DNA of 64,000 bases from Bacteroidota bacterium. Its GTDB lineage: Bacteria; Bacteroidota; Bacteroidia; JABEUT01. The notes below the pieces were generated by a model. That model had not been told where the DNA came from. It ran no database searches and saw only the letters and a program-made list of their open reading frames with translations. Shown here piece by piece: positions 1 to 9,474 of this stretch. The stretch spans positions 3,131 through 67,130 of the forward strand of contig JABCZW010000007.1 of the NCBI GenBank assembly GCA_013289475.1, in the 5' to 3' direction. The stretch's first letter is position 1, and the number at the start of each line of letters is the position of its first letter. A program made the translations under genes and the position numbers.

Positions 1-453
1 CTTTCGCCAACCTATAGCCTCGACCAGACAGACACCAAGAAGGCTATTGAAGCCTTCCAGACCTTTGTAGATGATTACCCCAACAGCGACAAGATAAAGG
101 AGTGCAACAAATACATTGATATACTTAGAGATAAGCTGGAAAAGAAGTACTTTGAGATAGCTAAAGGATACTATACCATAGAAAGTTACCATGCTGCCAG
201 CACTGCCCTTGCTAACTATATTAAGGCTTACCCTAACAGCAAATACCTTGAAGAATCATATCTTATAATGATTAAGGCCGATTATAAGTTTGCCATAAAC
301 AGCGTAGAATGGCAAAAGAAGAGCAGATTACAGAAAGTTGTCGAAGATTATCTTAAATTTGTGGACGCTTATCCAAAAAGCGATTACATAAAAGACGCTG
401 AGGGATTATATAATAACGTAATGGCACTTCAAAAGAACACAATAAAATCTTAA
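1..453 (+). CDS. bamD: Outer membrane protein assembly factor BamD (C-terminal part; 5' end lies outside the window)
   Basis: Frame 1 is open from base 1 to the TAA at 451-453; the ORF track shows only the last 61 aa from an internal Met. The translation (LSPTYSLDQTDTKKAIEAFQTFVDDYPNSDKIKEC...YPNSKYLEESYL...YPKSDYIKDAEGLY) has repeated TPR-like YPxSxY helices typical of BamD/YfiO. Gene order bamD-rpoZ-coaBC-DUF4835 is typical of Bacteroidota. Confidence 0.75.
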   Translation, partial: LSPTYSLDQTDTKKAIEAFQTFVDDYPNSDKIKECNKYIDILRDKLEKKYFEIAKGYYTIESYHAASTALANYIKAYPNSKYLEESYLIMIKADYKFAINSVEWQKKSRLQKVVEDYLKFVDAYPKSDYIKDAEGLYNNVMALQKNTIKS

Positions 454-464
454 TACAAATAAAC

Positions 465-803
465 ATGGATTTCAAAAAAAGCAACGCACCGGCATCAACA
501 ATAACAAGAGATGTAAGGAAACTGGAAGCTCAGACAGGCAACATTTACGAAACCATTTCGATTATTGCCCGCAGAGCGCACCAGATAAGTGCTGAAATGA
601 AAGAAGAACTGGATGGCAAACTCGAAGAGTTTTCATCGAAGACCGATACACTGGAAGAAGTATACGAAAACGTTGAACAGATAGAAATATCGAAGATGTA
701 CGAACGCCTTCCAAAGCCTGCTTCTATTGCAACCCAGGAATTCATCGACAATAAGGTTTACTACCGTATGGCCGATGATGTTAAGAAAGAAGAAACTCTT
801 TAA
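465..803 (+). CDS. rpoZ: DNA-directed RNA polymerase subunit omega (long Bacteroidota form)
   Basis: 112 aa. The NIYETISIIARRAHQISAEMKEEL core resembles the omega-subunit helix. It sits between bamD and coaBC. Confidence 0.7.
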   Translation: MDFKKSNAPASTITRDVRKLEAQTGNIYETISIIARRAHQISAEMKEELDGKLEEFSSKTDTLEEVYENVEQIEISKMYERLPKPASIATQEFIDNKVYYRMADDVKKEETL

Positions 804-839
804 ACTATAGTTCCGCACTGCGGGATAAAATAACCTACT

Positions 840-2054
840 GTGTTACAGGGTAAGAAAATTCTCCTGGGAATTACCGGGAGCATTGCCGCCTACAAAGCAG
901 CAGTACTGGTAAGGTTACTGGTTAAAGCCGGTGCCGAGGTAAAGGTTATAATGACTCCTTCGGCTAAAGACTTCGTAGCACCGCTCACCTACTCTACACT
1001 TAGCAAACACCCTGTTTATATTGACTTTAGTACTCCTGATGGTAAATGGAACAACCATGTAGAACTGGCCAATTGGGCCGACATGATGGTGATTGCTCCT
1101 GCTTCGGCCAATACCATTGCTAAAATGGCAACCGGTTTATGCGATAACCTTTTACTGGCAACGTATCTTTCAGCATCGTGCCCTGTATATATAGCACCTG
1201 CCATGGATAGGGAAATGTACACACATCTTTCTACCAAAGCGAATTTAGAGAGGCTTAAATCCTATAAGAACATTGTAATACCCGCTGAAGACGGCGAATT
1301 GGCAAGCGGCTTATTTGGTGAAGGCAGAATGGCTGAACCGGAACACATTATAGATTTTCTCTCCAAGAGAGATAACCAAAAAAAAAACGATAAGAAGCTC
1401 CCGCTAAGCGGTAAAAAGGCCCTGGTCACTGCCGGTCCTACCTACGAAGCTATTGATCCTGTACGATTCATTGGTAATTTTTCATCGGGCAAAATGGGCA
1501 TTGCTATTGCTGAAAGGCTTGTGAGTGAAGGGGCATCGGTAACATTAGTGCATGGTCCAATTCATATTACCAATATCAATCCGGCTATAAAACTTATTGG
1601 TGTTACCAGTGCACAGGAAATGCATGATGCATGTGTAAAGGAGTTTACTAAAGCGGATATAACAATAATGTCGGCTGCAGTAGCAGACTTTAGGCCTATT
1701 ACTAAAGCTATAGAGAAGATAAAAAAAGCAGATGCCGGTTTAACATTAAAACTGGTACATACTCCGGACATACTTACGGAATTGGGTAAGAAAAAGAAAG
1801 CAGGTCAATTGCTGATTGGCTTTGCATTGGAGACGAATAATGAACAAAAGAATGCGGCGGAGAAGCTAAAGAAAAAGAACCTGGATGCCATTGTGCTTAA
1901 CTCAACCCATAACAAAGGAGCAGGCCCCGGAGGCGATACCAATAAAATTACTATTATTGACAGGAATAATAAAACCATTAATTTCGAGTTAAAGCTAAAG
2001 ACCGAAGTGGCCAAAGACATTGTAAACTATATTGCATCGTGTTTAAAAAAGTAA
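840..2054 (+). CDS. coaBC: Bifunctional phosphopantothenoylcysteine decarboxylase / phosphopantothenate-cysteine ligase
   Basis: GTG start, 404 aa. N-terminal flavoprotein motif KKILLGITGSIAAYKA..LVRLL and PAMDREM. C-terminal CoaB half has ALVTAGPTYEAIDPVRFIGNFSSGKMG. Confidence 0.92.
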   Translation: MLQGKKILLGITGSIAAYKAAVLVRLLVKAGAEVKVIMTPSAKDFVAPLTYSTLSKHPVYIDFSTPDGKWNNHVELANWADMMVIAPASANTIAKMATGLCDNLLLATYLSASCPVYIAPAMDREMYTHLSTKANLERLKSYKNIVIPAEDGELASGLFGEGRMAEPEHIIDFLSKRDNQKKNDKKLPLSGKKALVTAGPTYEAIDPVRFIGNFSSGKMGIAIAERLVSEGASVTLVHGPIHITNINPAIKLIGVTSAQEMHDACVKEFTKADITIMSAAVADFRPITKAIEKIKKADAGLTLKLVHTPDILTELGKKKKAGQLLIGFALETNNEQKNAAEKLKKKNLDAIVLNSTHNKGAGPGGDTNKITIIDRNNKTINFELKLKTEVAKDIVNYIASCLKK

Positions 2055-2950
2055 TCTTACATATTTCAATAGTACTATTGCTGCTCCCTGCTTTGAGCAA
2101 GGCACAGGAGCTTAACTGTACCGTTGATATTGTATCGCCCCAAATACAGGATGCTGCTGCACAGTTATTATTTAAGAATCTGAAGGATGCTATCACCCAG
2201 TTCATGAACAACACTAAGTGGACCAATGACAACTTTACCAACCAGGAAAAAATAGAGTGTACTTTGTACTTTAACATGACTGCAGAAAATGCTGCAAACG
2301 ATTTTAACGCAACCTTGCAGGTTCAGGCCCGCAGGCCGGTTTATAAGTCAGCATACAACTCGGCCATGTTTAACTACCAGGATAACAACATACACATACT
2401 CTACCAGTTAAATCAGCCTATCATATTTAACATCAACACCTATTCTGATAACCTTACTGCATTGCTTTCGTACTATGCTTATATCATCATTGGCAACGAC
2501 TATGATTCATTCTCTCTAAACGGAGGAACGAAATACTTCCTTAATGCACAAACCATTGTAACCAATGCGCAAAATTCAGGTGAAAAAGGCTGGAACCCTT
2601 TGGATGGAGATCAAACCCGGTATTCGTTAGTGACAAATACATTAGATGAAACTTATTATGCCCCTTTACGGAAAGCTATGTATGAATATCACCGCCTAGG
2701 GCTGGATATTATGTATACGACCCCTGAAAAAGGGAGAGCGGAGATAATGGATGCATTGACACTTGTACAACAAGTATATAATGATAAGCCTGCAAACTTT
2801 AACATTTCACTGTTCTTTAACGCAAAAGCAACAGAGATCGCAAACATATTTTCGGAAGCGCCTAATGAAGAAAAATCGAAGGTCTATACATTACTTAGTG
2901 CAATTGACCCTACCGACGGCGATAAGTATACTAAACTTAAGGTTGAATAG
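2039..2950 (+). CDS. DUF4835-like secreted protein
   Basis: GTG start overlapping the coaBC end by 16 nt. Signal peptide ILHISIVLLLLPALSKAQE. About 300 aa, in the position immediately after coaBC usual for this family in Bacteroidota. Confidence 0.65.
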   Translation: MFKKVILHISIVLLLLPALSKAQELNCTVDIVSPQIQDAAAQLLFKNLKDAITQFMNNTKWTNDNFTNQEKIECTLYFNMTAENAANDFNATLQVQARRPVYKSAYNSAMFNYQDNNIHILYQLNQPIIFNINTYSDNLTALLSYYAYIIIGNDYDSFSLNGGTKYFLNAQTIVTNAQNSGEKGWNPLDGDQTRYSLVTNTLDETYYAPLRKAMYEYHRLGLDIMYTTPEKGRAEIMDALTLVQQVYNDKPANFNISLFFNAKATEIANIFSEAPNEEKSKVYTLLSAIDPTDGDKYTKLKVE

Positions 2951-4187
2951 ATTTACTCTTCTTCCTGGTTTTTACTGAAGCTACAACTCCGGTATAATCG
3001 CCTGACTCTTCACGAAGCATTGTAAGCAGGTCGCGGCTTTGATTAATGCACCAGTTAACGTGGTTACTTAGAACAATTATAGTATTATGTCCTTTAATAT
3101 CGCGCATAAAGGCAGCATTAAAGCCATGCCACCAGCCATCGTGATACACCAAAGTATCATTGTCGAATATCACAAGCCTCCAGCCATATCCGTAATTATG
3201 TTGGTTTACCCAACGGCTATGTGCCTTAAAGGCATCCTTTAAAGTAGATTGTTTGAGAAGCTTATCAGAATACAAAGCCTGATCCCATTTTAGTACATCT
3301 TCGGTTGTTGAATAAATACCCTTATCGCCTGCAACACCATCAAGGAAATCATATCCTGCTTTACGGTAATTGGCATTGTAACCGGTAACCCTGTTAGGTA
3401 TTATTGTATCATTCTTATCGAACATATAAGTATGGTTCATTCCCAATGGAACGAATATCTTATACCTTAAATACTCTGCAAATGAAACACCACTTACTTT
3501 CTCTACTATGGCAGCAAGCACGCAGTAGTTAGTATTGCTGTATTCAAACTTTTGGTTAGGAGGGAAATACTTGGGAGGATGGTGTTTAATAAGCATTTCA
3601 ACTACCTGTTGATTGTCCATAGGTGTAACCTGGTCTTTGCAAACATTACCACATAAGTACATGTAATTAGGCAAACCCGAACGGTGAGCCAGCAACATAC
3701 CAACCGTTACACCCTTATATGGGAAGTCGGGGAAGAATCGTTGCAAAGTATCATCATAATCAAGCTTACCTTGCTCTTTAAGCATCATAACAGCGACGGC
3801 AGTAAACTGTTTGGAAACGGAACCTAATTGAAACTCGGATGAGTCACTCAATAACTCCTTTGTTTTAAAATCAGACACCCCAAAAGAACCTTCATAAAGT
3901 ATCTTTCCATTATGTGCCACCAATGCATTTCCGTTAAATCTCGCATTTTTTGAGAGCACATGAAAGAATGAATCAATTTTGTGCGATTCAAATTGCTCAA
4001 CCGAATTCAAAGCCATTGAATCCTTTACAGGAGGCTTAGGTATAGCAATGTACTTAGATTTTACAGGAGAAGAAACAACTTCTTTCCTTCCGGGTTTTCC
4101 CTGGCTATCAGTGCTGCCTATAAAAGTGTATAGAACAGCTACGGCAGCCAGTGCCAGAACTATCGGATAAACATGTTTTTTCATCAT
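2937..4187 (-). CDS. Serine hydrolase, beta-lactamase/PBP4* (class C-like) family
   Basis: 416 aa with an N-terminal signal/anchor. SxxK nucleophile motif (GSVSKQF), YxN motif (FEYSNTNY) and HRSGLP. Confidence 0.8.
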   Translation of the reverse strand: MMKKHVYPIVLALAAVAVLYTFIGSTDSQGKPGRKEVVSSPVKSKYIAIPKPPVKDSMALNSVEQFESHKIDSFFHVLSKNARFNGNALVAHNGKILYEGSFGVSDFKTKELLSDSSEFQLGSVSKQFTAVAVMMLKEQGKLDYDDTLQRFFPDFPYKGVTVGMLLAHRSGLPNYMYLCGNVCKDQVTPMDNQQVVEMLIKHHPPKYFPPNQKFEYSNTNYCVLAAIVEKVSGVSFAEYLRYKIFVPLGMNHTYMFDKNDTIIPNRVTGYNANYRKAGYDFLDGVAGDKGIYSTTEDVLKWDQALYSDKLLKQSTLKDAFKAHSRWVNQHNYGYGWRLVIFDNDTLVYHDGWWHGFNAAFMRDIKGHNTIIVLSNHVNWCINQSRDLLTMLREESGDYTGVVASVKTRKKSKSIQP

Positions 4188-4212
4188 ACGCCGGCTTTGG
4201 GGTTTATAAAGC

Positions 4213-5088
4213 TCAGTGCTGTTTAACTATTATAACAAGATATTTCGTTTGGCTCCAGAATGCTTTTGAATCACTTATTACAAGAGAATCGGCCTTATTG
4301 CTGCCGCTTATTGTATATGAACCAGTAGGATGAACAGTTACCATCTGTAAAAACTTGCTGTATAATTGAAGGCTATGTAAAGTAGATCCGTCGGCTTTTG
4401 TAAAATAACTGGTATTAAAATCTTTCTTTAGCTCTTCTGCACCACCAAGGCCTACTACACTGCCTTCTTTCTTAATAATGCCATTTTTCTTGAGTTCTTT
4501 TGCTGTGCCTATAGCATAATACACAGTATTCATTTGTGTGGTTATATCAGTTATCTGCTCCTTTTGGCTGCTTATAACCTTCATACTATCATTAAACTTA
4601 TTGATCACATCTTTCAAAGATGCATTCGATTCGGCTAACTGGCTCTGCAAAGCCGCTATTTGCGCATCCTTTTCATTTACTTCCTGAGTAAGGCGAGCAA
4701 TCATTTTTTGCAGTTCAGCATTATTGCCGTTAACTTTCTTCAGCTTTCTTTCCAACATGGCAATTTCCTTCTTGTTCTTCATCATCAAATCGCCAATAGC
4801 ACGCATGTCCGAAATGATCTGATCCTTCTGGTTAATACCTTCACCGCTATTTATAGTCAGTAACTTAGCTTTTACTTTTATGGAATCCAGGTTATCTTGA
4901 ATATCATTAAATGACTTTACATAAGCCATTATAGACGAGTCCTGGGCATGTGTCTTATTATTTAATACAGAATCCTCATAACTGAGATCCTTTATCTTCT
5001 GCTTATCACCATTATTACAAGCAGAAAAGAGTAAAATGCCGGTCAAAACGACTATATTAAGGATTCTCATACCGTTTGTTTTTTTCAT
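4213..5088 (-). CDS. Coiled-coil lipoprotein, function unknown
   Basis: Lipobox LLFSAC after a hydrophobic leader. The central region is Lys/Glu/Gln-rich with heptad character (NAELQKMIARLTQEVNEKDAQIAALQSQLAE). A TAtaTTTG box on the minus strand lies 17 nt upstream. Confidence 0.5.
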   Translation of the reverse strand: MKKTNGMRILNIVVLTGILLFSACNNGDKQKIKDLSYEDSVLNNKTHAQDSSIMAYVKSFNDIQDNLDSIKVKAKLLTINSGEGINQKDQIISDMRAIGDLMMKNKKEIAMLERKLKKVNGNNAELQKMIARLTQEVNEKDAQIAALQSQLAESNASLKDVINKFNDSMKVISSQKEQITDITTQMNTVYYAIGTAKELKKNGIIKKEGSVVGLGGAEELKKDFNTSYFTKADGSTLHSLQLYSKFLQMVTVHPTGSYTISGSNKADSLVISDSKAFWSQTKYLVIIVKQH

Positions 5089-5105
5089 AGTTTTATAAAA
5101 TCTTG

Positions 5106-5113
5106 CAAATATA
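5106..5113 (-). promoter_or_regulatory. Bacteroidota -7 promoter element (TAtaTTTG) for the lipoprotein gene
   Basis: Plus strand reads CAAATATA, which is TATATTTG on the minus strand, 17 nt upstream of the ATG at 5088. The motif is short, so a chance match is possible. Confidence 0.35.
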
Positions 5114-5122
5114 ACGATTTTT

Positions 5123-6370
5123 ATGCGCCGTAGGTCACCTGTAACGTTTTTGCTTGTCTTACTCTTTGTAGGTTTTATAGAAGGAGCGGCCTATTATGGC
5201 TGGAGTCACTTGCTTCTGAACCTGAAGCACCCTACTCTATCGGCACTTTTTAAGGTATTTTATTGGATAGAAACATTAGGTTTAGTAGCTGTGTTATTTT
5301 TTGTAATGGGTTCTTTTGCCCGGATATTAAATGTAAAACGTACTTATTATGGCTTCCAGGGCGCAGGAATAATTATGTCTGATATTCTGCCAAAATTGCT
5401 TTTTACTGTATTTGTTATGCTTTATACCATTATACAGGGTGGTTATGTTGCAATTAATCACTTTATACTTCATAGTACCCAAACCCGTCTTAATATTGAT
5501 TGGCTACTTATTTTCGGAACAGTAGCATCATTAACCATATTTGCTTTTATAGTACGCGGTATTTTAATTGGCCGTTTTGATTTTAAGGTACTGAAGGAAA
5601 CGATTCACTTTGATACCTTACCCGATGCTTTTGATGGCTTGCGGGCTGTGCAGATATCGGATATACACATTGGAAGTTTTTACCAACATAAGGATCAAAT
5701 AGCAAAGGCAGTAGATATGGTTAATAGCCTTAAGCCGGACATTATTTTTTTTACCGGCGATATGGTTAACAATGTTGCTGAAGAATTGAAGGGCTTTGAA
5801 CCTATTTTAGCAAAACTACAGGCTCCATTGGGGAAATTCTCAATACTTGGCAATCACGATTATGGTGATTATGTAAAATGGGAGAGTAAGGAGGCAAAGA
5901 TTAAAAACCTTGATACACTTAAAGACTTGCAGCAGCATGCAGGCTTTGATTTACTCTTAAATGAAAACAGGCTTATTACAAAAAACGGGCAACAAATTGC
6001 AGTTATTGGTGTAGAAAATTGGGGCACGCCGCCTTTTGCACAATATGGCCAATTACCTGTTGCAGTCAAAGGAACTGAAAATACTCCATTCCGCATTTTA
6101 CTTTCACATGATCCATCGCATTGGGATGTAGAAGTAGCAAAAAAAACCGACATACAACTTACTCTTGCCGGGCATACTCATGGCATGCAATTTGGTATTC
6201 GTATTGGCGATTGGCAATGGAGCCCAGTGCAATGGCGTTACGAACGTTGGCACGGACTTTATACACACCTTAAGCAACACTTGTATGTAAACCGAGGTCT
6301 TGGCCATATTGGCTTCCCGGGCCGTGTAGGTATGTTACCCGAAATAACTTTATTAGAATTCAGAAAATAA
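5123..6370 (+). CDS. Membrane-anchored metallophosphoesterase (YkuE-like)
   Basis: 415 aa. About 4 N-terminal TM helices followed by calcineurin-like motifs: VQISDIHIG, FTGDMVN, GNHD and GHTHG. Confidence 0.8.
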   Translation: MRRRSPVTFLLVLLFVGFIEGAAYYGWSHLLLNLKHPTLSALFKVFYWIETLGLVAVLFFVMGSFARILNVKRTYYGFQGAGIIMSDILPKLLFTVFVMLYTIIQGGYVAINHFILHSTQTRLNIDWLLIFGTVASLTIFAFIVRGILIGRFDFKVLKETIHFDTLPDAFDGLRAVQISDIHIGSFYQHKDQIAKAVDMVNSLKPDIIFFTGDMVNNVAEELKGFEPILAKLQAPLGKFSILGNHDYGDYVKWESKEAKIKNLDTLKDLQQHAGFDLLLNENRLITKNGQQIAVIGVENWGTPPFAQYGQLPVAVKGTENTPFRILLSHDPSHWDVEVAKKTDIQLTLAGHTHGMQFGIRIGDWQWSPVQWRYERWHGLYTHLKQHLYVNRGLGHIGFPGRVGMLPEITLLEFRK

Positions 6371-6375
6371 GCGCA

Positions 6376-6576
6376 ATGAATTATGCACTTTTGTTTTGGG
6401 GCTTGGCAATAATCGGGTTTGGAGGATACCTGCTCTATGACGATTATAAAAACTGGGTCGAAATGAAACAAATATCTCCCGGGCGATTATATAAAAGTGT
6501 TTTCTTTGGAATTATGCTTGTTGCTATTGGTGTTATTGCCATAATTAAGGGTATCGCTGGCCAATCTATCCACTGA
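6376..6576 (+). CDS. Small two-TM membrane protein
   Basis: 66 aa with two hydrophobic helices (LLFWGLAIIGFGGYLL; VFFGIMLVAIGVIAII). Starts 5 nt after the phosphoesterase stop. Confidence 0.4.
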   Translation: MNYALLFWGLAIIGFGGYLLYDDYKNWVEMKQISPGRLYKSVFFGIMLVAIGVIAIIKGIAGQSIH

Positions 6577-6652
6577 GCATAGTTCTATTTAATTACCACT
6601 TCATCTATTCTTCATTTAGTTTTTTTTACTTTGGTTAAAGCATTCCATCAAA

Positions 6653-7408
6653 ATGAAGAAGCCAAGTACTATAAACATTTCAGTTGAATCTCCTTGTGGT
6701 CAAAATTGGGGTGCCATGTTACCAGCCGATTCAGGCAGGCATTGCGATAGTTGCAATAAAACAGTTACAGACTTTTCAAACTTTACCGACAAAGAGCTAA
6801 TTGCTTTCTTACAAAAGGCTAAAGGTGAAGTATGTGGCAGACTTAATGAATACCAGGTTGAGCGCCCTCTATACTTACCGGCAACAAACAATAATTCGTT
6901 TTTGTCAAAAGCATTAGTAGGAACAGCATTAATCGCAGGCATAGTTGCAACCGCAAACGGGCAAGATACACATAAGGTTATTGCTCCTGTACAAGTACCT
7001 GTACCCACACCTCCTTCAGTTGCACCCATAAATGATACAACCACTGCAAAGAACGATATAGTATCACCAGTAATAGTAACCACCGCACCACCACAAATTG
7101 TAAAAGATTCTTCAAAAAAGCTTATACATGGAAAGGTGATTGATGCAAAAACAAAAGAACCTCTTGCTGATACCTACGTTGAAGTTATAGGTTCCCCTAA
7201 TTATGTACAGACCGATGCTAACGGCATGTATCAGATTTATGTGCCCGACAGCATGTGCAATAAAGAAATACAAATTGAATTTTACAGATGGGCTCATAAA
7301 ATCGTCGAAAAGACTGTTCAAAGCGGAAAGCACTCCATTAACATGAATGTTGCCATGGAATATAAGGAAGAAAGAAAGATAATGGGCAAGATGCGAGTAT
7401 CAAGATAA
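6653..7408 (+). CDS. Cys/His-module - TM - CarboxypepD_reg-like domain protein (paralog 1 of 3)
   Basis: No signal peptide. N-terminal SPCGQNWGAM..GRHCDSCNKTVTDFSNFTDKELIAFL..VCGRLNEYQV. TM helix ALVGTALIAGIVATA, then linker IAPVQVPVPTPP. C-terminal IHGKVIDAKTKEPLADTYVEVIG..TDANGMYQIYVP is the carboxypeptidase regulatory-like beta-sandwich signature. Confidence 0.7.
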   Translation: MKKPSTINISVESPCGQNWGAMLPADSGRHCDSCNKTVTDFSNFTDKELIAFLQKAKGEVCGRLNEYQVERPLYLPATNNNSFLSKALVGTALIAGIVATANGQDTHKVIAPVQVPVPTPPSVAPINDTTTAKNDIVSPVIVTTAPPQIVKDSSKKLIHGKVIDAKTKEPLADTYVEVIGSPNYVQTDANGMYQIYVPDSMCNKEIQIEFYRWAHKIVEKTVQSGKHSINMNVAMEYKEERKIMGKMRVSR

Positions 7409-7462
7409 CATCCTTGTTTTTCTCATTCTCATTTGCTATATTCGCTTATCAAAACCCACTTG

Positions 7463-8158
7463 ATGAGCAAGAAAAAAGACATAACTATATCTGTAAAAAG
7501 CCCTTGCCATGAGAAATGGGGCAAAATGACCCCGAATAGTAATGGCAAGCATTGCAGTAGTTGTAATAAGGTTGTTACTGACTTCACTAATTATACCGAT
7601 AAAGAATTAGCTGCTTTTATAAAGAATAACCCACTTGGATGTGGAAGGTTTACCGAATACCAGGTAAACAGGCCACTTATACTTCCTATTGAAAATGGAA
7701 GTTCATTTCTGCAAAGAGCATTACTAGGTACAGTTTTGGTTGCAGGCATAACATCAGTTGTAAATGCCCAAACCATACATCAAACTATTGCCCCGGTGCA
7801 GGTGCCCATTCCCGAGCCGCCAAGTTCTATGGTTTCTCAGCACGATAAATCTCAGGAAGCAGATACTTCACATATAATAAAAGGAACAATAAGAAGATCA
7901 AAGACCGGGATACCCCTAGAATACGTTTTTGTTATTATTGAGGGAACCAATTTATATGCTTATACCGATTCGGCCGGAACATTTTCTATACGAGTACCGG
8001 ATAGTTTAAAGAAATCGAAACTCAAACTTGCAATTACAAAACGTGGATATCATTCAGCTTCAGAAAACATTAAAGCAGTTAATTATCCAACCAATTTGCA
8101 AATAGCATTAAAGAAAAAACATCGCCGTGAACGAGTAGTTATGGGTGCATACTTCTAA
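7463..8158 (+). CDS. Cys/His-module - TM - CarboxypepD_reg-like domain protein (paralog 2 of 3)
   Basis: Same architecture as paralog 1: SPCHEKWGKM..GKHCSSCNKVVTDFTNYTDKELAAFI..GCGRFTEYQV; LLGTVLVAGITSVV; IAPVQVPIPEPP; IKGTIRRSKTGIPLEYVFVIIEG..TDSAGTFSIRVP. I prefer the ATG at 7463 over the TTG at 7433 given in the ORF track. Confidence 0.7.
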   Translation: MSKKKDITISVKSPCHEKWGKMTPNSNGKHCSSCNKVVTDFTNYTDKELAAFIKNNPLGCGRFTEYQVNRPLILPIENGSSFLQRALLGTVLVAGITSVVNAQTIHQTIAPVQVPIPEPPSSMVSQHDKSQEADTSHIIKGTIRRSKTGIPLEYVFVIIEGTNLYAYTDSAGTFSIRVPDSLKKSKLKLAITKRGYHSASENIKAVNYPTNLQIALKKKHRRERVVMGAYF

Positions 8159-8162
8159 GATT

Positions 8163-8879
8163 ATGGCAAAACAAAAGAGCATACAACTTTCTGTTCCCAA
8201 GCCCTGCACTCAAGCCTGGGATGATATGACACCGAAAACAAATGGCCGCCACTGCGATAGCTGTAATTCTTCGGTTATAGATTTTTCAAAATTCACCGAC
8301 CGGGAGATAATTGAAGTATTAAAAAACATAAAAGGTTCTTTTTGCGGAAGGTTCACTGAATACCAGGTAAACAGGCCTATTGCAATACCTGCTCAAAACA
8401 ACAATTCGTTTTTAAGTAAAGCCATGTTTGGCACCGTTTTATTGGCGGGTGTGGCAACAGCAACAAATGCACAAGCAAGCCATCAAGCGGTTATATCACC
8501 TGTGCAAGTACCCGTACCTATACCCATTAACAATACCAACTATCAACATAAGGCAAATAAAGAAAACCAGCAGAATACAAATCCAAAGCAAATAAGCGGT
8601 ATAGTTACCGACATAAAAACAGGTGTGCCGATTCCTTATGTAAATATTACAATTGAAGGCACGAGTATTGTAACACGCTCCGATTCCGGTGGCAAATTCA
8701 CCATAACGGTTCCTGATACCTTAACGGGAAAAATAACTATTGACTTTCATAAATTCTGGCACAAGGAACGGGATTTCACTTTAAAAACCACAAAACTTCC
8801 AACGTATATGAAGGTGGGGCTTCGCCCTAAAAAAGAAAGAATTATCATGGGAAGAACATTCAACTGCCCTGCTTTCTAA
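8163..8879 (+). CDS. Cys/His-module - TM - CarboxypepD_reg-like domain protein (paralog 3 of 3)
   Basis: Same architecture: KPCTQAWDDM..GRHCDSCNSSVIDFSKFTDREIIEVL..FCGRFTEYQV; MFGTVLLAGVATAT; ISPVQVPVPIP; ISGIVTDIKTGVPIPYVNITIEG..SDSGGKFTITVP. I prefer the ATG at 8163 (MAKQKS), aligned with the other two copies, over the ATG at 8145. Confidence 0.7.
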   Translation: MAKQKSIQLSVPKPCTQAWDDMTPKTNGRHCDSCNSSVIDFSKFTDREIIEVLKNIKGSFCGRFTEYQVNRPIAIPAQNNNSFLSKAMFGTVLLAGVATATNAQASHQAVISPVQVPVPIPINNTNYQHKANKENQQNTNPKQISGIVTDIKTGVPIPYVNITIEGTSIVTRSDSGGKFTITVPDTLTGKITIDFHKFWHKERDFTLKTTKLPTYMKVGLRPKKERIIMGRTFNCPAF

Positions 8880-8886
8880 ATTAATC

Positions 8887-9474
8887 CTAGAATACCTTTT
8901 TTATTGTCCTTAGTATAATACCAATATCGGTTGTAAAGCTCATTTCATCTATATACTTAAGATTAAGCTTTAGTTTAGAAGGCATTACTTTATTCACATA
9001 AACATCTTCAGCATCGGTTGCATTTGCCAAAAGCTCATTTTCATTCGCATAAACAATCGATGCATAATCAGTAATTCCCGGTCGAACACTCAACACCTTC
9101 TTTTGCTCATCGCTATACATTGCCACATATTTTGGTACTTCAGGGCGAGGCCCAACTATGCTCATATTACCAATTAACACATTAAATAATTGAGGAAGTT
9201 CATCTAGTTTGTACTTACGTAAAGAATAGCCTATGCGCGTAATCCGGTTATCTCTCATGCCTACTGTAAGTAATCCTTTTCTATCAGAGTCGGCATACAT
9301 CGTGCGAAATTTTAGTAAATTAAATTGCCTCGTGTCCTTCCCCACCCTAATTTGCCTGTAAAATATTCCTCCACGGGAATCAATTACAACCAGTAAGGCA
9401 ATGATCATCAAAAAAGGGGAAAGGATTATAATACCAATTAGTGCAGATATTATATCGAACAGTCGCTTAATCAT
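8887..9474 (-). CDS. Undecaprenyl-phosphate sugar phosphotransferase (small bacterial sugar transferase, PglC/WbaP C-terminal type)
   Basis: 195 aa. KRLFDIISALIGIIILSPFLMIIALLV reentrant helix, then IFYRQIRVGK..FNLLKFRTM and GPRPE. Confidence 0.85.
   Translation of the reverse strand: MIKRLFDIISALIGIIILSPFLMIIALLVVIDSRGGIFYRQIRVGKDTRQFNLLKFRTMYADSDRKGLLTVGMRDNRITRIGYSLRKYKLDELPQLFNVLIGNMSIVGPRPEVPKYVAMYSDEQKKVLSVRPGITDYASIVYANENELLANATDAEDVYVNKVMPSKLKLNLKYIDEMSFTTDIGIILRTIKKVF

Noticed and set aside
1378-1387. A10 homopolymer inside coaBC, a possible slippage or phase-variation site
   Set aside because: It encodes the Lys/Asn-rich linker (NQKKNDKK) between the CoaC and CoaB halves of an essential gene and the frame is intact. 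There is no sign of variation, so it is most simply compositional.
2937-2950. Convergent gene-end overlaps (2937-2950, 21002-21009, 54180-54183) as possible antisense-regulation sites
   Set aside because: These are simple consequences of very tight gene packing. No structure or conserved element is visible in the overlaps.
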